The notes beneath the pieces are model-generated. The model was not told the origin of the DNA and did not search any database. It was given only the letters and a program-made list of their open reading frames with translations. DNA of 63,507 nt, counting the filler, from Collodictyon triciliatum (taxonomy: Eukaryota), in the NCBI GenBank assembly GCA_043381765.1. It is 4 parts of 4 records of this genome, joined end to end, with 100 filler letters (N's around TTAATTAATTAA, not from the genome) between each part and the next. Parts side by side here need not be neighbours in the genome. Positions count along the whole stretch, not along the records: positions 29,620 to 59,072 come from JBHJMP010000962.1; positions 59,173 to 62,330 come from JBHJMP010001035.1; positions 62,431 to 63,507 come from JBHJMP010001150.1; 1 more part is not named here. One strand, written 5' to 3'. Below, one piece after another: positions 54,156 to 63,507 of the stretch; position 1 is the first letter of the stretch; every line of letters starts with the position of its first letter. Both the position numbers and the translations under genes were made by a program.

Positions 54156-54878
54156 ATGCAAAGCAAACGAGTGTCCAACATCAAAATAAAACCCTTGACT
54201 CAACCGCCTAAGGGTAAAAACTTTGGAATTCCATTTCCACTGCCAGACATTGCCACCAGAAATTTCATTATGGGGGTGCTTGGCCCAACGGGGTCATCCA
54301 AAACCACACTGTATGCAAACTTAATTAGAAAGCACTACTTTGAGATTTTTAATAAAATATATTTCTGTTCACCCAATGTTACGGATGAAGGGAAAGTCTA
54401 TGACAAATCATTGGATTCAATTGAGTTTGCTGAGGAACGAGTTTTTCCAACAATTAATAATGAGGTTGCAAATTACATCAAAGAAGATTGCGAGAACGAC
54501 GAGGATTTTGAAAAGGAAGATTTTCGTGCGTTGCTTATAATAGATGATTTGGCAAATGAGCTCAAAGCGGTCCGTCATACAGAACTCACGAAATTAATTC
54601 TAAAGTCCAGGCACTTGCATTTGTCAATCATTATGATTTCGCACAAGTTTAACTATTTCCAAAGAATCCACCGAACCAACTTTACGCATTTTATAATGTA
54701 CAGGTCAAAATCAAAAGCCGAGATAAAAACCATATATGAAGACATCATCGATTTGGACGAGGAGAAATTTCACGAGTTTTATGAATATGCAACCGCAGAA
54801 AAATACAATTTTCTTTATGTGATTTGCAATTCCAACCCCCAACAGTACTTTAAAAATTTTGAAGAGGAACTCGCATAA
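54156..54878 (+). CDS. A32-like (FtsK-HerA) DNA packaging ATPase
   Basis: Walker A GPTGSSKT, Walker B LLIIDD, and SRHLHLSIIMISH followed by RTN; 240 aa. Confidence 0.92.
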   Translation: MQSKRVSNIKIKPLTQPPKGKNFGIPFPLPDIATRNFIMGVLGPTGSSKTTLYANLIRKHYFEIFNKIYFCSPNVTDEGKVYDKSLDSIEFAEERVFPTINNEVANYIKEDCENDEDFEKEDFRALLIIDDLANELKAVRHTELTKLILKSRHLHLSIIMISHKFNYFQRIHRTNFTHFIMYRSKSKAEIKTIYEDIIDLDEEKFHEFYEYATAEKYNFLYVICNSNPQQYFKNFEEELA

Positions 54879-54901
54879 TAGATTTTTTTATAAGTAACTA
54901 T

Positions 54902-55312
54902 ATGGTATTCACACGGAGAAGCTTGAAGAAATTTTTCAAAGGAGCAGTTAAAGTCGTACGGAAGGGAATGAATGTCGGAGAAAAAGTTGTTAATGCCGTC
55001 GATAAAGCCACAGGTGGGGGACTGCGGGACTTAGCTCGGACAGCAACGGGTGGATTGTCAGAACAGGCGCTGAAGGTGTACAATGCTAACAAAGGATACG
55101 TGAAAAAGGGGCTCGACTTGGCTGAAGGCAAAAAGGGTGCTACTGTTGCAGGTCTTGTAGAAGGGAGTAAATTGCAGAAGCCATTTGAGCAGGGCACGAA
55201 GCAATTAAAAAAATATGAGCCTGTAATTCGTGGAGCTGGACAAAAAAATGAATCCCTGGGAAAAGTCATAAAATCATACGACGACAACATTCGAAATAAA
55301 ATAGGTTACTAA
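54902..55312 (+). CDS. Basic 136-aa viral protein, putative core/DNA-condensing protein
   Basis: K/G-rich intact ORF between ATPase and MCP; function inferred from position and composition only. Confidence 0.6.
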   Translation: MVFTRRSLKKFFKGAVKVVRKGMNVGEKVVNAVDKATGGGLRDLARTATGGLSEQALKVYNANKGYVKKGLDLAEGKKGATVAGLVEGSKLQKPFEQGTKQLKKYEPVIRGAGQKNESLGKVIKSYDDNIRNKIGY

Positions 55313-55338
55313 GTGAAAATTATTTTCTTTTTAAAAAT

Positions 55339-57120
55339 ATGATGGACTCACTACCCGAAGAACTGCAATTCAGAAATATTTCATCCAAGAAAAAAACTAT
55401 CCTTGAAAAACAACAAAGACAGGTTTTACCCAGCAACGGAACGGAGCAGACAGCAACTTTTTCATCTGGTCCTCAAATTGTATTTAGGGTTCCAATTGAC
55501 AATGAATGGAGCATTCAAATGGACAGTGCTCATATCATAGCGGATTTGACTGTTAAAGGGTTGTCCAATGAAAATAGTTATGATAATCTTAAAAGGACAC
55601 AATTAGATATTGATGCGGGTGTTAAAATTCCTATTCTTGCCCCATGTGAAAGTTACGAATCATTTATTTATCGCATTGCTGTTTATCTCAATGGCAGTGA
55701 GCTTGAGCGTATAGACAACTATTCATACCTTGAGTCATTTAAACATAATTGGTGTAATAACCAAAATTGGGTAAATCTTATGTCCGGTGGAATGGGATTG
55801 GGTCAATCTATTTTAGAAAAATCCAAATTACTGTTAGGTGGACTGGCTACTAATGCAACCAGTTCAAACACCATTCAAATAGGATTCCCACTTCGTTACT
55901 TGGGTTTGATGAATATTAAAACATTGCTTCCTGCTTACTTACTGGGTCCCAATTCTCTTGAAATTCGTATTTGGTTGGCACCAGCTAGTGAGTGTTTTAC
56001 TTACGGAGATATAACTAATGGTAATGGGGCAAATTATAATTATCAAAATTGGAACGCTAATACTGCTAATGCTATTAGCTATACACTTTCAAATATTCAT
56101 TTGAATATTAATTACATTCAAACTGAACCCAGCTATAACAATGCACTTTCCCAATATTTGGTTTCCAACAATTTGCAGATTCCTATTGAAACTTACTTTA
56201 TGACCCAATTCCCAATTAATAAAGGGCAAAATGGTTGGATTACTCAGAATATTTCGGTTCAGTACTCAAACATAAACAGTATTTATCTTATTTTTACACG
56301 AAATACAGAGCAGGGTACTGTTGCATACCTAGGTACTGACCGCATGCATGCTATTGAGGGACTAAGTCAAGCCCGTCTAACAGTCAATGGTAAAGTTATG
56401 CCGAGTGTACCAATAGGATTCAATAATCCTGGGTATCTTACTTATCCAAGTACAGGACAAACCGTCACGTCAAAAAACGGGCTGTTAACGTGTGGTCTTC
56501 ATGGACAAGCTCTATGCCACCAACCAGAGGCCCTTAACTATTTAATGAAAGCGTTGGGATATAACACGTCCGCTGAAATGATAGGTCAGGTTAATTTCCC
56601 AGTTGTCGAGGCATCTCCTTTATTGTGTACATCTGATACCGCTGCCAATGGCAATAATGTACAGCAAATTTCCAATAAAGTTGGAGCTGGTGCGTTTTAT
56701 GCATCAAATAAGGCGGTTCATAATGCTATGCTGCCTGCTGCTGCAATAGCTGCGGGAGCTGGTAGCCATATAATAGCAAATAGAAATCTTAATCCATTTT
56801 CAAATGAAGAAATTTATTGGAAGACTCCTACATATTTTGCACTTGGTTGGACTATGACCCGATCAGATTACTCAGACGAGTTTGAGTTGTCAGGATACAA
56901 TGCGTCAAGCAACAGTGGTATCGTCCAGGTCGGTCTTCAGTTTGGAGCAGCTTGTAATGCTGCGGTAGCTGTATCTGCAGGTGGGTTAGATACTAGTTCA
57001 ACTGCTGGTTCTTTAGCATTATCTGCAGTGACACCTATTGATAACTACACCTGCTGGGTCATCATCGAGCACACTCGTGTGTTGGATATTGGCAAAGACA
57101 ATGCCCAGGTACTTTACTAA
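55339..57120 (+). CDS. Major capsid protein, double jelly-roll type (593 aa)
   Basis: N-terminal VLPSNG..FSSGPQIVFRVP, YLNGSELERIDNY, GFPL..LLP..LEIRIWL, YTLSNIHL, LTVNGKVMP; beta-rich; located between ATPase and mCP. Confidence 0.85.
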   Translation: MMDSLPEELQFRNISSKKKTILEKQQRQVLPSNGTEQTATFSSGPQIVFRVPIDNEWSIQMDSAHIIADLTVKGLSNENSYDNLKRTQLDIDAGVKIPILAPCESYESFIYRIAVYLNGSELERIDNYSYLESFKHNWCNNQNWVNLMSGGMGLGQSILEKSKLLLGGLATNATSSNTIQIGFPLRYLGLMNIKTLLPAYLLGPNSLEIRIWLAPASECFTYGDITNGNGANYNYQNWNANTANAISYTLSNIHLNINYIQTEPSYNNALSQYLVSNNLQIPIETYFMTQFPINKGQNGWITQNISVQYSNINSIYLIFTRNTEQGTVAYLGTDRMHAIEGLSQARLTVNGKVMPSVPIGFNNPGYLTYPSTGQTVTSKNGLLTCGLHGQALCHQPEALNYLMKALGYNTSAEMIGQVNFPVVEASPLLCTSDTAANGNNVQQISNKVGAGAFYASNKAVHNAMLPAAAIAAGAGSHIIANRNLNPFSNEEIYWKTPTYFALGWTMTRSDYSDEFELSGYNASSNSGIVQVGLQFGAACNAAVAVSAGGLDTSSTAGSLALSAVTPIDNYTCWVIIEHTRVLDIGKDNAQVLY

Positions 57121-57150
57121 ATTATTTTTTCATTAACAAAAAATAATTTA
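57118..57150. terminator. Perfect 13-bp hairpin between the convergent MCP and small ORF
   Basis: TAAATTATTTTTT-cattaac-AAAAAATAATTTA; both stop codons form the base of the stem. Confidence 0.6.
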
Positions 57151-57537
57151 TCTTCGAACTAGCTGCATGAGGTAAGGGTTGGAATATTCCACTGCATCCT
57201 GGTATTCATCGGAATCGGATAGTTCAACAATACGTTTCCTTTTGACTGGGGCGGCTTTTTTTGGCTTGGACTTGGGAATTTCCGGGGGCGGGGCTGCCAG
57301 CTTTTTTTTAATCTCCGCTAATTCATTTTTTAGATTAGAGAATTCTTCGGCATCTGCCTCTCTCGCCGAATTTCTTACGGAGTCCGCAATCATTTTCGAC
57401 GCTTCCTTCTTTGCCATCTTCTTCTGTCTCATCAGTTCCAAATTTTTTAGTTGCTTATCAGTTAGTGTTCGTTTGACTTTTCGTTCAGGTACAGCTTGGG
57501 GTAAAGATTGGTCCTCGTCTTCATATACGGGCTCCAT
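57148..57537 (-). CDS. Small viral coiled-coil protein (129 aa)
   Basis: MEPVYED..KRTLTDKQLKNLELMRQKK; TTTCT-N11-ATG upstream. Confidence 0.7.
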   Translation of the reverse strand: MEPVYEDEDQSLPQAVPERKVKRTLTDKQLKNLELMRQKKMAKKEASKMIADSVRNSAREADAEEFSNLKNELAEIKKKLAAPPPEIPKSKPKKAAPVKRKRIVELSDSDEYQDAVEYSNPYLMQLVRR

Positions 57538-57570
57538 TAATTTAATAAAGAAAAAAATATTGGCATAAGT

Positions 57571-58453
57571 ATGCAACGACGACTTTTAGATGAAAAACGC
57601 GTGAACGAAGCAAATTATCTTTTTATTAATTCTGAATCGAAACGTGTAAGTGGGTCAAACAACAATTTCACTTTCGATTTTTCTGATTTCCCGGTTAACA
57701 AAAAAACAAAGCCCCTAAATAATAATAAAAATGTGTACTATCCGACGACAATATATCAAGTTAGTAGTTTGTACCAATTGTTACTCATTCAATATACAAG
57801 CAATTAACACATCTACGGATGCTGTAATTAACACCTATGTAGTTACAATACCTGTTGGAACTTATACCACTAGTCAATACGCTCAAGCGGTTGTTGGAGT
57901 TATGAATGGTATACTAGGTGATGCTACTATAGATACTTATGTAATGGGGTATGATGATATTCGTAATCGTTTTTACTTTGACAGGCAAAGTGTCCTTGAT
58001 TCACCAAATATCAAAATCCGTATTTTATGAAATGATGAACTATCTCAGTACGCGGGTGAATTTGGATTTGGTGGCGCTTACTGTCTTGGTCTAAATTATA
58101 ATTCATTTTTTGATTTACCAATAACCACAAACACGCGAGCATTTCTTCCAAACCCTGGAAATTTACAACCCTATGCATATTTCTTTATGACTATCCAAGG
58201 AATTACAAATTTAAATTATAATACAGATGTGCCCGAGCGCTTTGATATTGCATATCGGTGTCCATTGAATCTAAGTAATAGCAAATACTAATATACGTTT
58301 ATTGAAAAAAGTCAAGAAAAATTTACCCAGCTTGTATTTTCTGTGCTACCGACACGATTCAACATTTCATTTATAGACCAGTACAACAATCTTGTTAACT
58401 GGCCTCAAATTGCGTCTGTACATATTACACTCAAACTCGTTCCCGTAGATTAA
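57571..58453 (+). pseudogene. Minor capsid (penton, single jelly-roll) gene, disrupted
   Basis: LFINSESKRVSGSNNNFTF, TIPVGTYT, LGLN, ISFIDQYNNLVN. Frameshift near 57700-57790; in-frame stops TGA 58028-58030 and TAA 58289-58291. Confidence 0.8.
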
Positions 58454-58469
58454 TTTTATATGCTTTTGT

Positions 58470-59072
58470 ATGACCGCATATGAAATCGGAACAAACTCAA
58501 ACAGATATCCTTATGATTATTCTTTTAAAACAGATGGTATCAACGGTGAGTATACCGACCCAACAGAATCATCTTTTATTTTGCCAACGATTACGACAGC
58601 TGACACCAACAAATTTTTACTAGTAAATCCGAATGCAACCGGGTACGAGTACACACCAGTAGATGGGGAATTGCCCTCACAGGCCGGCCAGGCTAATAAA
58701 TTTTTAAAAACGAATGGAACTGTAGTTTCATGGGACACATCTCCATCGGAATTACCAAGTCAAACAGGTAATGCAGGACGCCTATTATCCACTGACGGGT
58801 CAAATGCATCTTGGACCAATGGTCCCATTAATTTGCAAGCTGGGACAGTGTCAAACCCATCATTAACTTTTGGTACAACACAAAGCGGTTTTTCTGAAGT
58901 ATTTATTGAAGCAAACACTGGTGTACAAATTTCAGCACAAAGGGTCACAAGTTTGTTCTTTTATTGGAGGAGTTATACGACTGCCAGGAGGGAATCCAAT
59001 AAGATCAAATGGAAATTCTCAGTCAAATTTTCAGTTTGTATCAGATGTTCCTCGTATTTTAAATTCAGTCAC
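58470..59072 (+). CDS. Putative fibre/spike protein, truncated by the gap
   Basis: Repeats ELPSQAGQANKFLKTNGTVVSW and ELPSQTGNAGRLLSTDGSNASW, then AGTVSNPSLTFG; probable frameshift near 58940. Confidence 0.65.
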
Positions 59073-59172
59073 NNNNNNNNNNNNNNNNNNNNNNNNNNNN
59101 NNNNNNNNNNNNNNNNTTAATTAATTAANNNNNNNNNNNNNNNNNNNNNNNNNNNNNNNNNNNNNNNNNNNN
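59073..59172. other. Artificial contig linker
   Basis: N-TTAATTAATTAA-N. Confidence 0.95.
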
Positions 59173-59199
59173 ATACATGAATTATAGAAGAATTGGTTA

Positions 59200-62100
59200 A
59201 TTTCTAGATACAAAACTGTGGGATATCTTAGTATGTTAATAAATCTACGACCATCCAGCTTTTCGAACTGTCTCCCTCTGGGCGCATTGAGCCAACACGA
59301 AGAATAGTTAGTTACCCACTCATAAGGTCTTTGAGAATCTATAATAATTATAATAATAATGAAGTAAATCCTCGCCGATTGAATATATAATTAAAATGGA
59401 AATAAATAAATAAAATCTCAAATATTGAATCAAATGGAGATAAATATTCTAAAAAAAAAGCATATTCATGAATCGTATTTCATTTTAATTGGAAAAATAC
59501 ACACCTTCTCTCCATAACTTTATCTGCTCTGGTCAATCATCATGACGTGAGTTTATCTATTATGGTAAAAAAAAATTTTTGAATACTAGTAAATTCACTA
59601 AATTGCTAATTTGTTAAATAATTCACGTCAAAGTTTTAATTTTTCTTTAATAATACTAGCATATGCTGGAAACAAATGAAATCATCAGGGGCGGGGATAA
59701 ATCTAAAATTGGAATTTTTGTTATTTTCTGCTTGATAACTATTGGATGGATTTTAGGGGAAATAAGACAGGTGCGTTCATGAAATCACCAAACAAAAATA
59801 ATCGTACATTTTTCATCAATTCACTCGTCTTATTGATAAGAATAATCGGCATACATAATAGATAAAGTGGAGCGCATCAGAATATTACTCTACAAGCTGG
59901 AATATACTGGAAACGATCAACATGATTGTATAATACGCATAAAATTTTATTCCCAACACTTACACTTATCCATCACAAGAACTATTAATTCCTCAAAATC
60001 CATTCATAGCTACAAATTCTTTTCATCAGAAAAATCTCCTATCTTTTACAGCTCGATAATATCCTTATATAACATTTTCTTTAATTGTAGCTATTTGTCA
60101 TGCTCATCGTTATGTACGGAGTGTATATTTCTACCTCTGCAAAGTCTATAGAGAAGCTGAAAACAATCCCAGTGCCCGAGAAACTGGATCAATATTACGA
60201 TTTTCAATCGCCATCACTATTGTATTACAATTTAGAGGTTTCTAATTTCATTCCATCAAGATCAAAATATTATCAATACTCAATAATATAATACAAGATA
60301 TGTTAATACCAACACAATGTTTAATTTTTCGAGTTATCGAATATATATTTGAACGTTATAATCATTTTTTTCTCCTTTAGCAAGTTGTAGGGATTAGTTG
60401 CTTGTTCTTTTTCATCAAAGTGTGTCGATTCTTTCGTGCTGTGAGAAAACTAAATCTATTGTGGCGCACTCTGGAACTAGCCTCTTCATCTCTTGCTGGA
60501 TACACGGGAATATTTGCAATCCTATTCATTGCATTCTCATTGCAAGGGTAATTACTCATATTCCCCCGAAAATTGTTTCAAGCAACTAAAAAGTTTAGAT
60601 TTACATACGTATATCCTTGTTGCACAATAGAATATTATTTGAATCTAATTATTTCTTGTGTAAATACTTTCTGCGTTTCACTGACTGAATACACTACGAA
60701 TCTCAATGCCACCATCATAGGTATTTTTTGTTTGGGTATCAAATGATTACCTTCCAAACATTTCCCATATCAATTCTAACAGCATTTCGGATGATGTCCG
60801 GGGATTTCAACTTTACGGACATGCAAAACACGAGTCCTATCATCGGACCGATTTTCTTCATGTCTTACATTATAATGATTTTTCTTATCCTAGGTAAGAC
60901 CACTTTTCTATTCAAATATCATAATTAGGTGATTTGATGAACAATCAATTTTGTAAACATATTATCCAAGGGAATGTGGATTGATAATATTCCCCCGATT
61001 AGTGAACATGTTCATCGCAATTCTAAGTCAGTTCTATGATGCGGCATCAAAGGAAGCTCGTGAACGTGAATTGTTAACAACATCAAAAGACCCCGAATAT
61101 GACATTTCTCTTGTATGTGGCTGAGATATGTTTATGGTTATTTCTTACTTTTTTTCAAAATATATATATATAGATATTTACATCATAAAAATCTTTTATG
61201 GCATATTTACTATTCGTATATATTTAGCGAATCCAAAGAGCATTGCCCAGAATAGAGCTTCCAAAGGGCGTTCGTTTTATAGCATTGGAGCAAGTAATCC
61301 CATGAATAACACTAATATGTGCATGGATCGTATGTAATATAACTTATTAGCCTAAATTTACAGAACTCATACGCTGCTGTCATAATATCAGAAACAGATA
61401 TAAATGAAGTAGTCCAGACAAATGATACATTTAAGGTCTCTTCTCAATTAGACGATACAATAAGAAAAAAATTTACTCTCCAATAACACATGTTATTCAT
61501 TCTCTTTGGTACTGTGCACCTTGTGAAAATTTTTTTGGAAAATTTAGGTACTTTACCTGCGCTCCGACTTCTTTAGGCCTGATATACTCAGGATGATGTT
61601 TGACGAAAACGAGTTATATTGTTCAGTTACGGATGAGTACGACACCTTCCATTTTTCGCTGATTAATACCCAGAAGATCCAAAATTACGAAAAAGTGTTC
61701 TCCAAAGATGATACCGTAAGTTGAGACATTTTTATTGAATACAAAGAAGAAAGAAGAAAAGGATGATGGATTCAATCGCTTAGTATTGTGTACCTCCATT
61801 ACACTCTATAAACATACCATAACATGAATATATGAATATTAATTGGCGTTACGGAGCAATGCCAGTTGGAATTTTTAATTTAAGACCCATTCCCACTCAT
61901 ATTCAGCTGGGATTCGATGCAAGAACAAAGTTCGAAAATCTCTCGAAAATTTTTGAAGGATATCTCTGCCTGTACAAAGTCGAGGGTTATTGTCGTGTAA
62001 CAAAGTCATGCCATATTGACATTCCAATAATGAAGACAGTGGAGATGATATATCAATCAGGAAAAAATTACGCAAAGTCTATCGACGTTAGTGTTCAAGA

Positions 62101-62290
62101 GGATTATCATATATTCACAAAAACTCAAGTGAGTCTTGGCTTTTACTTTTATGACCATTTTCATATTTACCTCCCTCCACCCCGTTCAGTTCAAATGAAA
62201 TGTCTAAACATATATTTTAAAATTTTCTGTCGCATATTTAGTCTCCATTTTATCATGATCGATTATGGTTCTATTGTTATCCTATCTTTT
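59200..62290 (+). CDS. Polycystin-2/TRPP-like cation channel, 3' part, multi-exon
   Basis: YYSTSWNILE, FFIKVCRFFRAVRKLNLLWRTL, LFGYQMITFQTF..AFRMMSGDFNFTDMQNTSPIIGPIFFMSY, VNMFIAILSQFY. Ends approximate. Confidence 0.85.
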
Positions 62291-62330
62291 TAAGCACCAG
62301 AAGTACAGGTTCCTCTTCTCTCTCCCCCCC

Positions 62331-62430
62331 NNNNNNNNNNNNNNNNNNNNNNNNNNNNNNNNNNNNNNNNNNNNTTAATTAATTAANNNNNNNNNNNNNN
62401 NNNNNNNNNNNNNNNNNNNNNNNNNNNNNN
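62331..62430. other. Artificial contig linker
   Basis: N-TTAATTAATTAA-N, followed by (AATC)n. Confidence 0.95.
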
Positions 62431-62488
<58 letters not shown>

Positions 62489-62519
62489 CTGATGAAATTA
62501 GACAAAAATTGATTCATAT

Positions 62520-63490
62520 TTTAGGTATTTTACCTTATTATTTGATAGATTCAAGTGCCTGAGGCATGTCATGAACACAATTTCTAGAGGGATGTGCGTA
62601 ATCTAAAAATAATTAAATAAACGTTTATGGTTTAATAAATTGAACATTTATCTAATAAATTAGATGCAGTGTACAATTTCAGTAGATTCACCAACCAAAT
62701 TATTGGAGAAATCTATTTTCATGGATTTATTGGCAGAAAAAATAAGCTTTTTGGATGAGGGTTAACCACGTCCAGAAAATGATATTTCCTGGTCATCCAT
62801 AAAAATTGATTCTAAAGCAGTGTCTCTTCATATGAAAAATATTCTGAGATATTTTATATTTGTAGCATAACCATATGACGTAGATCTACAAGGTCTGATA
62901 TCTAATCAAGGGTTCTTTTAAAACAATCCAATGTCCAATTGAAGATATTATGATTATGGTATAGTAGTATGTCGTAATTAGTAATGATTAAAGAAAAGAA
63001 ATAAGCATATTACCGAAGTATGCCAATGATGCATAAGAAAAATAAAAAATAGAGGAAAATAAATGAAATAAAATGAAAAAGCGAAAGAACCCCAGAAATG
63101 GAAAAGAGAGAGGAAACAGAGAAAAGAACAGATCAGAAAAGAAAGAAAATAGAGAAGAAGAATAAAATAAGAGAAAGAGAGATAAATGAAGTAGTGATAA
63201 TATAAAAAGAAGGGAAAGGGACAAAGGTGCTACCTTGTTGGAAGATATGTCAAAGGACGTTAGGGTTGTGAGATTTCTTATAGCTGTCGGAAAAATGCAC
63301 AACTGTGCATTCGTGACGTGCAATTAATATTGATATTTGCTTCATACGGTGGCAACAAATTATTTGTAAATGTCCAGTCAACTGATAAAATCATGACAGT
63401 ACTTATTATGAGACAGATTAATATGTAGAAGCCTAGTGAGCATCGTTATGTGCTGTGGGACACTGGTAAGATTTTTTCCAGAAATGTGTA
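62520..63490 (-). CDS. LRR-containing protein fragment (multi-exon, partial)
   Basis: SGKNLTSVPQHITMLTR and LCIFPTAIRNLTTLTSFDISSNK exons. Confidence 0.5.
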
Positions 63491-63507
63491 AATTTAACCA
63501 TTTTTTT

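Larger units (their letters stand above)
44420..59072. mobile_element. Endogenous Polinton-like virus (Preplasmiviricota-type EVE), >=14.5 kb; left end approximate, right end lost at the linker
   Basis: Abrupt switch to intronless, tightly packed ORFs encoding integrase, primase-helicase, packaging ATPase, major and minor capsid proteins and a fibre-like protein. Confidence 0.92.

Noticed and set aside
45391-58453. Alternative genetic code (TAA/TAG=Gln) in the virus or host
   Set aside because: Long viral ORFs contain no internal TAA/TAG, and host and viral genes end on TAA/TAG at expected positions.
44420-59072. Classification as a canonical virophage or canonical Polinton
   Set aside because: No cysteine protease or pPolB in the visible part, and MCP motifs look PLV-like; needs phylogeny and the missing arm.
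62431-62487. (AATC)n as a telomeric repeat
   Set aside because: A short microsatellite at a contig break, like other intronic repeats; no evidence of a chromosome end.

Overview
Intron-rich, AT-rich eukaryotic (protist-like) genomic scaffold with many intronic microsatellites, two sized N-gaps and three artificial 100-nt contig linkers (N-TTAATTAATTAA-N). Host genes, left to right: a GC-rich GPI-anchored-type surface protein, an NDP-glucose 4,6-dehydratase, splicing factor SYF1/XAB2, a degenerate two-domain class III cyclase-like membrane protein, an LRR receptor-like gene with 17 consecutive 69-nt one-LRR exons, a PARP14-like macro-WWE-ART gene, a VAT-1-like oxidoreductase, a PKD2-like channel and an LRR fragment. 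Also present are L1/Tx1-like LINE fragments and a ubiquitin pseudogene. The main discovery is an intronless, gene-dense endogenous Polinton-like virus at about 44.4-59.07 kb, cut on the right by a linker. It encodes an rve integrase with AT-hooks, an AEP primase/SF3 helicase, an HNH nuclease, an A32-like packaging ATPase, a double-jelly-roll-type major capsid protein, a disrupted minor capsid protein, a fibre-like protein and several ORFans. Its genes share an upstream motif, and hairpins sit at some gene ends, hinting at transcription by a giant-virus helper. All family assignments come from motif recognition by eye; no database search was run.
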